Shown here: piece by piece, positions 42,597 to 58,021 of the stretch
Layout: each line of letters starts with the position of its first letter
Position numbering within the stretch: position 1 is the stretch's first letter
From: Eledone cirrhosa
Lineage: Eukaryota
Assembly: GCA_964016885.1 (NCBI GenBank)
Contig: OZ024743.1
Span: forward strand, 318,928,001 to 318,992,000
Direction: 5' to 3'
DNA length: 64,000 nucleotides
Translations under genes and position numbers: made by a program
The notes under the pieces: model-generated
Databases searched by the model: none
Seen by the model: only the letters and a program-made list of their open reading frames with translations
What the model was told of the DNA's origin: nothing

Positions 42597-43630
42597 TGGT
42601 TTCTGATTTAGGCACAAGGCCAACAATTTTTAGGGAGAGACAGTCGATTAAATCGACCCCCAGTATGATACTGGTGCTTTATTTTATCGACACCGTAAGG
42701 ATGAAAGGTAAAGCTAACCTTGGCGGGATTTGAACTCAGAACGTAAATGGATGTAACTCAAGGCTGCTAATTTAGGCGCAAGGTCAACAATTTCTTGGCG
42801 AAGGGAAAGGTGATTAAGTAAGTACATGGCAGAATGAAAGGAAATATTGAACTCAATGTAAAGCGACAGAACAATTCTCACAAAGATATGTTGTCCGACA
42901 CTCAATCAATTTTACAAATCCACCAGCTTTAAATATAAAAATAATACTGTAATATTCTGATAATGAACGGAACTTTCCAGAAATTTAAAAATAATTAAAA
43001 TTGGGCTATATTTCCACAATATATGTTAAATGCTTGTACGATTTTATGTATAAGAATATATAAATATATGAATATAAAGAAATAACTTTATAATTCATCC
43101 GTACAAACATTATAAGCACTCGCTCTTCATTTACAAGCTTCTCGTCAGTTCTGTCACTTTTTCTGTCATATTTCGCATGTATTTTATTAAGTCTACCATA
43201 GGGCTGTGGATTGGCAGTATCGGTTGTGGGTCGGACGCCATGCTTTGCAGCATAGAGTTACGGTCCTTTACGGTCTGAATACAAATCCCGCCGAGGTTAA
43301 CTTTGCTTTTCATCCTTATGGGGTCGATTAAATAAAGTACCAGTCACGCACTGGGGTAGATTTAATCGACTTTTCCCTCCCCCCAAATTGCTGGCCTTGT
43401 GCCTATATAAGAAACTATTATTTAAGTCTACCATCATCGGACGCCATGCTTTGCAGCATAGAGTTACGGCCCTTTACGGTCTGAGTTCAAAACCTGCCGA
43501 GGTTAACTTTGCCTTTTATCCTTACGGTGTCGATAAAATAAAGTACCAGTCACGCACTGGGGTTGATTTAACCGACTTTCCCCTCCTCCCAAATTACTGG
43601 CCTTGTGCCTATATAAGAAACCATTATTTA
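42597..43630. mobile_element. Cluster of dominant SINE copies
   Basis: Minus copy ~42597-42800; plus copies ~43201-43420 and ~43438-43630. Confidence 0.8.
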
Positions 43631-44019
43631 AGTCTATCATAAAAAATACTCCCCCCCCCCATATATACGTATATACATAAGCTGTTGTTTGCTTAAAGCA
43701 TTGTGAAATATGAAAGTGAAACGTGGGTATATTTAGGAAGCTGTACAATGCAGGCGGGTTAGAATTACCAAGCCAACAACTCGGATGGTAATTGAGAAAT
43801 GTGAGGTAGAAGGCAACATATGAGAGAAGGAGGAAAAAAAAAGGACAAGAATGATTGATTGTTACCTTAATAATTTATTAGTTCCAAAATTTTTCGGATT
43901 TACCATCCATTATCAAAGCCCCTCTCCTACGGATCCTACATGATAAAGGATGGTAAATCCTAAAAAAATTTTGTCTAATAAATTATCACTCCCACCCATA
44001 GTTTTATCGAACAACTATT

Positions 44020-44960
44020 GTCATGTGTTGGACGGGAAAGACAGGCAGTTTTTTTCTGTCTGGTGGCTGTAGCGAAGGTGATTGTGTGGCGGATGCGACT
44101 GAAAGGACTGAAGACGTACACTTTCCTCTTCGGCCAAGCCTGCATCAACTCCTTGAAGTTCCACTTGGAAAGGAAGGTGAGGATGGAGAAGGAAGTACTG
44201 CCCTTCCCACTAGTACATTTGTTAAAAGGTGTATGAATATAGCGAAGATGGAAGCTTTTCTAGGATCGCCTCAGCCTTTACTGTTAGCAGGGGAATGGAA
44301 CAGCTTCTTAGACGCCCATTAATAGCAGTGGGAGATGTAAAATCCGCAAGAACCTGATTAGGCAGTTGCAAATGTCTGATAGGTACGGACTAGATATTCC
44401 CAATGAGGCAATGCGAACTTGGATCAATCGCATAGGGTCATTTAGATTTTATTTAGATAGGGTTAGCAGATAGGGACAACATAGGGTGTCCACAATGTTA
44501 AACGGACGCCTATTAAGATCACAAATTCGTGGTGTGCATGGTTAACCTAGATAGAACACGTAGACAGGGACCCGGTTATTGGAAGCTTAACGGTTCGTTC
44601 GCCGAGTAAAGCCTACAGCGACCGGACTAGCTCATTAATTAAATACCAGTTGACAAAGAGGGCGATTGGAGTAGAATCAATTAGTAAAGAAATAGCGAAA
44701 AAATAGAACAGAGGAGGAGTTAGTAGCTAAATTAGAAGAGCCAATTAGAAGTGGCATTACAACCGACGTTCTAGTGGCGAATTATATCACTAGACATTTC
44801 TTCAATGCGAAACAGGAAGGCTGCATTGTCAGAGCTTAGGCGCTTGCTCTAAGAAAAGTGGGAGCGAAAGTTGTTTGATGGGCCCGAGTGGAAGATGCGC
44901 AATGTAGCATTAAAGCATTTTGATGGACCGTGACGGGTGCGTGCTGCTCGATTTGAAGAA
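44020..44960 (+). mobile_element. Decayed Tx1/L1-like LINE fragments
   Basis: C-terminal LVAVAKVIVWRMR followed by APE remnants LLLAGEWN, YLDR, DHK, GPGYWKLN. Confidence 0.6.
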
Positions 44961-44974
44961 TAGTGCAGAATAGA

Positions 44975-45190
44975 AGGGCCGTATCGGTAAAACGTCGGAC
45001 ACCCTGCTTTACCGCATAGAATTACGGCCCTTTACGTTCTGAGTTCAAATCCCGCCGAGGTTAGCTTTGCCTTTCATTCTTAAGGGGTCGATGAAATAAA
45101 GTACCAGTAATGCACTGGGGTCGATTTAATCGACCTTTCCCTCCCCTTCAAATTGCGGGCCTTGTGCCTAAAGTAGAAACAATTATTATT
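44975..45190 (+). mobile_element. Dominant SINE
   Basis: Diagnostic blocks; further copies at ~46468-46661(-), ~49915-50058(+), ~57250-57440(-), ~60260-60440(+), ~60805-60925(-). Confidence 0.8.
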
Positions 45191-46104
45191 ATTACTATTA
45201 TTATTATTAATATTCATTATTTATTTATTTATTCATTTTTGGTATTCTACTTTGTGGATTTTGTACAACTTCACTTGACGTCAATTATTTCCTTTATATG
45301 TAAAACTAGTTTTGTCAATATTTTGGAAGCCATAGAAAGAAAAGCCGTGTGACGTTTGTAGGAAAATGTTGGGTGATACAGCTGCAAAACAGAACGGATT
45401 ATAATGTCATTATGATTTTATATGTATTTGATAAGAAAATTGGTGATGGAGTGTTAGACTCGTTAGAACGGCGGATAGAATGCTTTGTAGTCTTGGTTCA
45501 AATGCCGCCGAGATCGATAAATCCCAGTTCTTCTTCTTCTTCTTCTTCTTCTTCTTCTTCTTCTTCTCAAGCCCTCTTTACGTTTCTTTTTTCCCCGTCA
45601 GCTATGTTCAAACCCGGAAAGAGATGAGCTTAGCCAGGTTTTAAAGGTGTCCAAGTATATCAGAGTCCCTCTGATCCACGAATGTATATGAAACAACTAC
45701 AGAACCACCGCTGACCTTATCATTAGATTGATCAACAAATCGACATGTGGATTCGATCAAACATTCCCAATCTTCCATATAATGGACACACACATGGCTC
45801 AGTGGTTACATATGCTTCGCAACTGACTAAGTCACTTTAGGTTCTATACAACTGCAAAACGTATCGACATTGGGTAAATGTCTATTACTAGAGTCTCGCG
45901 TTGACCTATATATATATATATATATAAGCAAGTATTGCACCAAGAAAAATAAAACGACGTCATCATGAAGAGATTATGAGTTTATTTGCTTTGACATGTT
46001 TCTGTGTCTATTATCAATGTCTACATATGCTGACTACAATAGATATTGTTCAATCATATGCAATACTTAATCATTTATTGCACTTCATCACTTTAACTCC
46101 ACGT

Positions 46105-46146
<42 letters not shown>

Positions 46147-47215
46147 GTGATATCGTTTTGGGTTTCCTTGGTTCAGGTTTAGAGTATCCTATACCGAGGA
46201 TTCATTGTACGGTGGGTAGTTAACTCAACAAGATGTTTACTATGGTAGGTTGGTTTAAGGGTAGTTCATTGATCGTTCCGTGATCAGTAGTTCTTGGAGT
46301 AGTTACAAAATGTAGAAAGAGAATTAACACAGATAGGTGATATAATAGGGTTTATTCCAAGCATTTACATATGTTTCATCTGCAGGTGTTAAATTGATTT
46401 TTGTCTTGAAATCGCTATCTTCAATAATCAATTGACAATTATGAAAACTCGATTTTAAATACATAAAATAATTGTTTCTACTTTTGGCACAAGGCCAGCA
46501 ATTATCCCAGCGTATTACTGGTACTTTATTTTATCGATCCCGTAAGGATGAAAGGCAAAGTTAACCTCGGCGGGATTTGAACTCAGACCATAAAGAGCCG
46601 TAACTCTTTGCTGCAAAGTATGGCGACCGACCCTCTACCGATACTGCCAATCCACCACCCTCCGTTAAATACATAAAATAATACAACGTAGCTGGCAAAT
46701 TTTAAAAACACACATATATATGGAATTTGAATTAGAAGCTTCAACCCTTATATTTTTATTACAGAAAATTGTCTAACCGGATAGAGGAAAAAGGATTTTT
46801 TTCCGTGCAAGGGGCTTATATGCCCTCTAATTAAACTATTTTCTTTAGTCACAAAAGATTGCGTAAACATCTAATGTAGTTTTCAAATTTCGCTCGCCGT
46901 CTTCTAAATACACATGCTTTGATTGACACACACACACGCACGCACGCACACACACACACACACACACACGCACACACATTCTTTATTATGGCTAAGTGGT
47001 GAAATGCCAGAATAACAACACTCACCACTTAGCCACAATAAATAATATTCACATTCTACTTTGGTATTGAATACTCATTCTCACGCCTGTCAATTACATA
47101 TATACATACATGCACACACATAAATATATATATATCATACACAGATGTACATGTACACAAACATGTGTTTGTGTGCATGTATGCACTTGTGTGAGTGTGT
47201 GCATGTGTGCATGTG

Positions 47216-47281
<66 letters not shown>

Positions 47282-47439
47282 CATGAGAGTGTTTCTAGTA
47301 GCATAAAAATTCTCCCTGATATTTTACCCGTTGCAATTTTCGTGAATAAATTTTTTGTTTGCTCTTTTTACCTTTTTTCTTATATATATGAAATAATTTA
47401 TAGGCCAAATATTTTAGTTAAAATCTATTTTGAATGCCG

Positions 47440-47790
47440 AAATACAAGTCACATCTAGGTGTTTTACTTCCAACCTTATCTCTGTTGTGAAGCAAATATT
47501 TTGCTACTTTCTGTTCTTGGATTCCAAAAGCATATCCTTCAAAGTGAGGGCCAATATAGTCACTGTTGGTCAAGATAGACGGCTTTTCTTACCTAGACTA
47601 CTCTCACTTTGAATATTTCTGGCAACATAGCCATGCATGATTTTTTGCTGATAAGCTTGCAGCTTTTCCCCCATGGTTTCATTTCGGTATTGCTGTGTAA
47701 TTTCCCTGTGTGAGAGTTTTTGGTTATCATGCAGGGAGTATTTCTTAAGGAGCTTCTTCCCAACTCTCATGATGTTATCTGCCTCATATA
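47440..47790 (-). mobile_element. R4/Dong-like internal fragment
   Basis: MRVGKKLLKKYSL...QAYQQKIMHGYVAR, homologous to 37100-37400; a 3' UTR fragment of the 12.4-kb family lies at ~47905-47972. Confidence 0.8.
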
Positions 47791-47971
47791 AACAGACTTG
47801 TGTGTGTGTATGTATGTATGTATGTATGTATGTATGTATGTATGTATGTATGTATGTATGTATGTATGTATGTATGTATGTATGTATGTATGTATATATC
47901 TATGTTATCTCTTTCTCTTAATTTCGAGTATATTTTTGACCGGTTGTAAAAGAAAAGAAATTGTCATCCCT

Positions 47972-48034
<63 letters not shown>

Positions 48035-49114
48035 ATGTATGTATGTAGTTTTAAAAATGTGTAAATATGTATATACATAGGTATTGGGTCGTCAAGTATG
48101 AAGTTTGTATAAATTTATAGAAAACAAAGAAATTTCTACAAATTTCATACTTGACTACCCAATACATATGTGTATATGTATATATGTATACACATGTATA
48201 CATATGTGTATGTATATGCACGGGGACATAGAAATGATCGGGCTGGATATCTGATCGCGCAGTTAAACCACTGGGAGTGAAGGAGGACCCCTAGCCCTTG
48301 TCAGGACATTCTTCTAGGCAACTCAGGAAACTGGGATAACTCCGACATAAAACTTGCGGCTCAGTAGTTACCGATGATGTTGATCAATTCTTACTTTCGG
48401 GTTATAGCTACTGTCGCTCAGAGAGTGGGATTGGCTCAGTGCCCAGTCTTTCCTCACTTAAAAAAAATCTTCACGCGCAGGCATTGCACGATAGCTTAAT
48501 TGATAATTATTAATAATGTTATATCGTGCAATGGCCATGGTCGATAACGAGGGGGCAGCCATCATGTAGTTTAACGAAATGACAACACAAATGCAGGGAT
48601 GTAAAGATACAAAGACTTATTAGTATCACTTTTAGGAGGAACTACTTTCTACTAAGCGGGATACTAATATATCTGGGATTTTGGATCCGTGTGTTTGTGT
48701 TTTTTCTGTAACTATTTTCCCACGCTTATGCGGCCCACCTACCATTCGTACCTAGAACCTTGGAACTCTTCACTCACAGATTACTCACGGATGAACCAGT
48801 ATTCGAATTGCTGGACCTTTGAATATATATATATATATATTTATATCACCTTGATCACCGTGACCGACCAGTCTGTCGGGCGCCAATCGGCGCCGCTGGT
48901 CACAGCACGTCGTGCTGTTTGAGCCATAAGATAACGCGATCCCACTGGCTGGGCGGGCAGGCTGGTACTCATTTCTACAGCTGAGTAAACTGGAGCAACG
49001 TGAAATAAAGTGTCTTGCTCAAGGAAACAACACATCACCCGGTCCGAGAATTGAACTCACAACCTTTCAATTGCAAGCTTTAACCAATGCTTTAATCACT
49101 AAGCCATGCGCCTT

Positions 49115-49202
<88 letters not shown>

Positions 49203-49256
49203 ACGAAGGAAGTGTGGTAAGGAACCAGGTGGACCATAACGCACCAGAGTACTCAA

Positions 49257-49325
<69 letters not shown>

Positions 49326-49577
49326 CAAGTAATACAAGTAATACAAGTAAATATAAATTAATATATATGATGAAACACAAATACCAACATATCTGTGTTT
49401 ATATTGTAAAAGAAATTAAGTTCTTAATTTCTTTTACAATATAAACACAGATATGTTGGTATTTGTGTTTCATCATATATATTAATTTATATTTACTTGT
49501 ATTATACGGCTCAGAAATATTTCTTTCTTTGAGCTATTTCATTGTAAAGGAATGCTTGTGTTTTGAACTCAATACAC

Positions 49578-49637
<60 letters not shown>

Positions 49638-49640
<3 letters not shown>

Positions 49641-49752
49641 CGAAGGAAATGTGGTAAGGAACCAGGTGGACCATAACGCACCAAAGTACTCAATACTTAG
49701 GGTAGCAGAGTGGGTAATAGGAACGAGTAGGACCCCGACGGCTGAGCTCAAG

Positions 49753-49755
<3 letters not shown>
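49638..49755 (-). mobile_element. Truncated half-hammerhead family copy (tail-only copy at 49199-49260)
   Basis: Same tail as 39009 and 41747. Confidence 0.8.
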
Positions 49756-49798
<43 letters not shown>

Positions 49799-50053
49799 GG
49801 AGCATAACGCGAAGTCACTGTAGGTTCACCCAGGTGAACACTCGATGTTTAGGTTCCCGCCAGTATCGAGGTGTAGAGCTAGAGAGAGTGTAATATAATA
49901 ATACAAGCACGTTGAAGCATAGAGTTATGTCCCTTTATGATCTGAGTTCAAATCCCGCCGAGGTTAACTTTGCTTTTCATCTTTACGGGGTCGATAAAAT
50001 AAAGTACCAGTAATGTACTGGTTAATTGCTGGCCTTGTGTCAAAAATAGAAAC

Positions 50054-50096
<43 letters not shown>

Positions 50097-50106
50097 GTGT
50101 ATTGAG

Positions 50107-50172
<66 letters not shown>

Positions 50173-51419
50173 ATTTATGATAGGGTGTTTACCAATGGGT
50201 AAAACTCGTTGTTTTGGTTGGTAAGCAATGATGTAATAAATTAATTAAAGTATTCAACGTTATGCAAACCATCGATCGTAGATGTGGTATCCCGTGGCTT
50301 GTGCAGGAACGGAGTTAAATATTCCTTAAAACAACATCAGAAAGCTGGACTGGAAATTTGCGTTAGAATTTTAATCCCACTAAAGCATCATACATATTTC
50401 GATGGCCCAACCTTATTATCCGATCTTGATGCAAGACTTAAACGATTTCATCAGGTGTAAATTGCAGAATTAAACAACAAGATTATGTCGAACACAAGCA
50501 GAGAATAGAAAATAGAAAATAGAGGACCGATTCGATTCGGGGACAGCCTGCTAATTCTGTGTTATAGCCATAGCTGATGATTCAGCGGAATCTCCAAGCG
50601 AAACCAAAGAAACTTGTTATTTCGAATTCTCAACTTTTTCGATACACTATAAACATAGAATGTAAATGCAGAACCCTGTTTCGATTTTCTCTCGTTGTTA
50701 ACTGACCTCCTTTATGAGTATAAGATAAAAGATAATATTGTTAGTTCCATTTTCAGAGAACCGGTATAAATACATGTCTATCTATCTATCTAGCTATCTA
50801 CCTGTATATATATGTCAGGTCACCAGTTGGTGCTACTGGTAACATGTATCCCAGTACAACCTGTCCCATGGTCGGGTCGTTGGCGACTAAACTGGCAACC
50901 CCACCAAGGTTTCTTGGTGAGGAGGGTGACTTTGGACATCCTGCAGGACTAAAAACAAAACCTGTCAAAGGGCAAAGGAGCTCTTAAGAGTCAATGCCCA
51001 TCCAAAATCACCGGGAGAGATGACCCCTTAGCCTTTGTCAAGGCAGAATTCTAGGAGAAGGAAAACTCTGATATAACACCTGCAACCCTGATGGTATCCA
51101 ATGATGTTGACTTGTTCTTCTTTTTGGTAAATATCATCTTGGTTAAGAGAGTGGGACTGGCTTTGTGCAGTGCCTTTGCTCACTATAAAAGCTTCACGGC
51201 ACAGGCATTGCTTTATATCTGGAGATCTCTCTGCACTTGTCGTCACATGGTACCATGGGCCCAGCACTATGTGTCAGTAATTGTCACAAGTGTAGTGTTT
51301 GTACCAGAGTTTTCAAGTCGCTGGCTGGACTAAAAAGTCACACTCGTTCAGCGCATCGGTAGGGGTTCTCCTACATGGATATAAAGTAGTGGCCGTACTC
51401 GAAAACGAGTTGGCAGCCA

Positions 51420-51481
<62 letters not shown>

Positions 51482-51573
51482 CTATCTATCTATCAATCTA
51501 TTTATTTATCTCCCCTCTTTTTTCTCCCTCCCCTCTCTCTTTATATATATATATATATATGTATGCACACATA

Positions 51574-51619
<46 letters not shown>

Positions 51620-51703
51620 AGCAAAGGGATATTTAATTTGTTGGTAATCCAACAAATATATTTATAACAGATTCGAAGCACTCGACAGTTTTCTGGAGTA
51701 TAA

Positions 51704-53040
51704 TATCAATGATATTAATAAATGGAAACTATATTTATAAAACCATATTTATTCTATTATATATATTTCAAGGGTACCAAAACTTTGGTACGCTCACATC
51801 AGATAAAATACAAAGTTTGTTTTATAAAGAGTGACATACCCAGGAATCAGACCTTAACGGTTCAAGTTCCGTTTAGATAGTGAAAGGAAAGAGGGAAAAG
51901 GGGAAGAAAGGAAAAAAACAAATATTTCAAATTATTTTGATTAATATGCAAATGAAGTTGAAGCGTAGGGCTGAAAAAAAAATCGTTATTTTTAGACGCT
52001 AGGTAGATTTAAATAATAATTAGGATATACATATGTGGGAAGAAGAAAGCGAAACTTAAATTAATAGTATTACAGTGTAGGTGAATTTAAAAATTGAAAC
52101 GTTAAAAATTAAAATTTTGTTGAAGTGGTGGAATATCAATCCAGAATTAAAAAAATATTTAACTAAATCATGAGTTATAATATTATATATATAATCATTA
52201 TATTTGGATTATATTATATGAAGAATTATGGTTGTAAGCACATTTTATCTTATTATATTACAGCAGGTTGTAAATATATAAATATCTATATATATTAATA
52301 AATATATAAATATAAATATTATTGGTGATTATATGCTGTCATTTTTTATAGATATATAACACACGTATTAATTTGTTTACATTTCTAATATAAATTACGA
52401 AGGATGTTGAGTTTACATTTTAAATATCTAGTTAAGAAAAAAGTTGAACTACGTCTTTTTTATAATAAGATAAAATGTACTTACAACCATAATTCTTCAT
52501 ATAATCCAAATATAATGATTATATATATAATATTATAACTCATGATTTAGTTAGATATTTTTTAAATTCAGGATTGATATTCCACCACTTCAACAAACTT
52601 TTAATTTTTAACGTTTCAATTTTTAAATTCACCTACACTGTAATACTATTAATTTAAGCTTCCCTTTCTTCTTCCCAATATATATCCTAATAATTATTAT
52701 ATATCCTAATAATATATATCCTAATAATTATTTAAATCTACCCAGCGTCTAAAAATAACGATTTTTTTCAGCCCTACGCTTCAACTTCATTTGCATATTC
52801 ATCAAAATAATTTGAAATATTTGTTTTTTCCTTTCTTCCCCTTTTCCCTCTTTCCTTTCACTATCCAAACGGAAGTTGAACCGTTAAGGTCTGGTTTCTT
52901 GGGTATGTCACTATTTATAAAACAAACTTTGTATTTTATCTGATGAGAGCGTACCAAAGTTTTGGTACCGTTGAAATATATATAATAGAATAAATATGGT
53001 TTTATAAATATAGTTTCCATTTATTAATATCATTGATATA
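51704..53040. mobile_element. Large inverted repeat (~550-bp arms) with outward-facing hammerheads
   Basis: 51704-~52255 inverted at ~52465-53040; the left HHR (51752-51808, minus) has CTGATGT. Confidence 0.88.
52934..52990 (+). ncRNA. Type I hammerhead ribozyme
   Basis: TTTTAT-CTGATGA-gagc GTACCAAA gt TTTGGTAC cgtt-GAAA-TATATA-TA-ATAGAA. Confidence 0.75.
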
Positions 53041-53059
53041 TATATATATATATATATAT

Positions 53060-53487
53060 AAATGGAAAAGAATGAAACGAAATTTCATTTCTCACTTTTA
53101 GTACGGCTGGTACATTCTTTTCCATTTATCGTTTTCGGTGCGCCCGGCCGACTAACTCACTCGATATGCAAATTAGGCTGCTCAGCCGTATGCATAGGGA
53201 AAGTATATACTTTCAGACTTGCAACCATCTGTCAGAAAGGTATATGATGCTGACGATAGCTAATAAGCTTGAAACTAGTACATCGTTCCTGTGTCAGTGT
53301 TGAGCAAAAAGGTGACGATGGTTGCCTGAACACTGTACGGCGCAATTCGGGCTGTTTGTTTACAAACAAACCGAGCATTATAATAAATGTTCGGTAAACC
53401 CATACGTACATACGTGCATGTATGTATATATATACATACTACTGTACGTCTGTATACATATATGTATGTATGTATACATACATACTT

Positions 53488-53490
<3 letters not shown>
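53060..53490 (+). mobile_element. Diverged monomer of the 466-bp retrozyme-like family
   Basis: Colinear with the array unit; short inverted arm at 53060-53110. Confidence 0.88.
53244..53286 (+). ncRNA. Minimal type I hammerhead ribozyme
   Basis: ATGATG-CTGACGA-tAGCTaataAGCTt-GAAA-CTAG-TA-CATCGT. Confidence 0.85.
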
Positions 53491-53573
<83 letters not shown>

Positions 53574-53972
53574 GTGTGCGCACCCGTTTAGTATTGGTGA
53601 ACACGAGAATGAGTACTCAATACCATAGTAGATATATGCTGAAACGACACGAAACGAAAGGCATTAACTAGTAAAATTGTAAATACTTTTTACCGTGTTC
53701 GCATAGAACATAATGTAAAAGAATCAAGTAAGAGAAGACCAGCAGGAGTGGTAGTATATATCTTATTCGTGTATCCACATGGCGGGATAAGATAGGGCAA
53801 TCTGATAACCTGAAAGATTTTCCTGAAAAACACTTCGCTATCTTTAGGCGACGAAATGATAGCCCAGAAGTGTGTACATCTGGATTGTGACTTTCTCAGA
53901 CACCTTTGGACAAAATTGTGTCATATTATTATATTAGCGAAAGTATGTAAGCACACTATACAAGCATGATCC

Positions 53973-54086
<114 letters not shown>

Positions 54087-54184
54087 GTGGAAGAACACTG
54101 GAAGGTAATATCCGTAGTGGTAGAGCACTCAGTCCATGGGACGAGTTAGGTAGAAGTGGTTACACAACAGTTAGTTCACCACAC

Positions 54185-54222
54185 CGAGAACAATTGTTTC
54201 ACCTTAGCGGATCCTCAGCTCA
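54185..54222 (-). ncRNA. Minimal type I hammerhead ribozyme
   Basis: Reverse complement TGAG-CTGAGGA-tCCgctaaGGt-GAAA-CAATTG(palindrome)-TT-CTCG. Confidence 0.68.
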
Positions 54223-54248
54223 TAAAGGGCATGGTTATAGGAACAGTT

Positions 54249-55829
<1,581 letters not shown>

Positions 55830-55960
55830 GGCTTTCATGATGATTTCCGTCGAGTGAAACAATTCTAGACTTGTAGAAGCCATTTCTATATTAAACATTA
55901 ATACTGTGCTATGTATTGAATAGCTTACTTACTCTGGTTACCCCATATTGAACCCAACAC
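55830..55960 (+). mobile_element. Solo pLTR related to the 4-9 kb PLE, with degenerate hammerhead (55830-55881)
   Basis: GGCTTT-cATGATGA..GAAA-CAA ttctagac TTG-TA-GAAGCC and tail GCTATGTATTGAATAGCTTACTTACTCTGGTTACC, homologous to 9093-9205. Confidence 0.75.
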
Positions 55961-55969
55961 ACACACGTA

Positions 55970-56008
<39 letters not shown>

Positions 56009-56454
56009 GGCGTAATTCTCAGGAAAATTCCGTCTAATAGAGTACGAGGAAAGGCTGTCTTTTTGAATCACAGACGCAACTCATATTTGCCAGCTGAGTG
56101 AAGTGTAGAATCGTAATACTCAAGGAGATTCACGCGTGACATACTTTGGACCCAAACTGGCCCTTTGAAATAAATGTATAGTCAATTTGACGGGCTCCGA
56201 AACAGTTTCCGTCAAACCAATTTCGCTCACAAGGCATGGGTCGACTCGGGGCCGTAGGAAATGACGCTTGCATAAGATTCCCACAGTAGGATAGATTGCG
56301 AATATGTAAAGCAGTTTTCATTTGAATATCCAAAGGTGGGAGTTCACTCAACCTGTGAAGACTGTGTTTGTCATTGCAAATGGGAGATCATACTGGGAAA
56401 TAGGTTCTTCTGTACCTAACGAAACAATTATCAAAAATACGCCCTTTCTCAGTA

Positions 56455-56503
<49 letters not shown>

Positions 56504-56506
56504 TGA

Positions 56507-56541
<35 letters not shown>

Positions 56542-57729
56542 TGAATATATATATATATATATATATGATTATTTTTCTCATCGTTCATCGAAAGTGTATC
56601 CAACTTGGTTCGGCAAGTTTAAGTTATTTCAGTTAATCATCTAAAAGATCTAAAAATATACTCACAGACATTTCAAATCTAGAGGTGATTACATTATCGT
56701 TATCAATCCACCACACTGTGATATAGTTCAACTGAATGAAGTCGTTTGCAACCTCCCATATCACTTTTGCAATGAGAATCATACGGAAAGGACTCACACA
56801 CACTCTTTTTTCCTATTTTCTTTTATTTTTCTTCAACGTAGACGTGTAATAGTAACCTATAATACTATAATGTCAGCTGTAGCTCATTTTCAGTCACCGT
56901 ACTTGCGTATTAGTTTGTTCAGGGCCAAAGGGCTGAGATTAAAAAAAAATCTAGAGATTTAACAACTTGAACACAGATTATTGCTTGTGATTTGGGCGAG
57001 GAATTCGAAGTGACTTAAGATACGAAATTAGAGATGATTTGACAATATGGCAACACTCCGGGAAACCGTAGTGTAATCCTGAGCTATTTCTGTTGTTTTT
57101 ATTATTGTTGGAACTGTCAATTTCGACCACGGTGCTCCAGTTGTTTGACCAACGGAGCAGCCTGTTCCTGAAATTAACGTACACATGGATGAGAATTTCA
57201 CCACGTACACTTAGCGCTGTCAAAATTGACGGTGATTCACATATATAAGGATTTCTCATTTAAGCACAAGGCCAGCAACATTGGGGGAAAGACAAAGTTG
57301 ATTAAATGAACTCAGTACTTGATTGGCACTTTATTTTATCGACCCTAGAAGAATGAAAGGTGAAGTTAACCTCGACGAGATTTGAATCCAGAAATTAAAC
57401 AATCAGAACAAGTGTCACAATAGCATTATATCCGACGCCCTAGCACATATATAGAAAGTGGTTCATGTGCATGACATGCGAAGAAATGGGGAAAACAGTT
57501 AACATTAAGTAACAAGTTTGTTACGCAATATTTCTAACGCAATATCGACAAGGGGACACACGAATTCGATGGTGGCCTCATGAGAGTCCATCTCTTAAAT
57601 GGGGTCAGACACTTATAGTAGTCTCGTAATTATCAATATATATATACTGCATATAATATATATATATATATATACATATACAATAATTAGTAGGAACGAG
57701 GTGTCAAAGTATCATTATATTTATTCCCG

Positions 57730-57915
57730 TGTGGATTGGCAGTATCGGTAGAGGGTCGGACGCCATGCTTTCCAGCATAGTTACGTCCCTTTACGATCTG
57801 GGTTCAAATCCCGCCGAGGTTGACTTTGCCTTTCATCCTTACGGGGTCGATAAAATAAAGTACCAGTAATGCACTGGGTAATTGCTGGCCTTGTGCCTAA
57901 AGTAGAAACAATTAT
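57730..57915 (+). mobile_element. Dominant SINE with ~20-bp TSD
   Basis: ATTATATTTATTCCCGTGTG at 57714 and 57911. Confidence 0.88.
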
Positions 57916-58021
57916 ATTTATTCCCGTGTGAGGCACGTTTCGCGATTGATCAACTCAAAGTTATAAAAAACATTAAACTATATATTTATATATAGGCCGC
58001 CGGAGGATGATGATATATATA

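Noticed and set aside
45985-46430. GAAA-CATG-TC and GAAA-CATATG-TA half motifs on the minus strand
   Set aside because: Upstream cores are mutated (TTGATAA, TTGAAGA) and helix I does not pair.
50380-50620. Two CTGATGA cores (minus ~50448, plus 50574)
   Set aside because: Could not build convincing helices I and III by eye; left uncalled.
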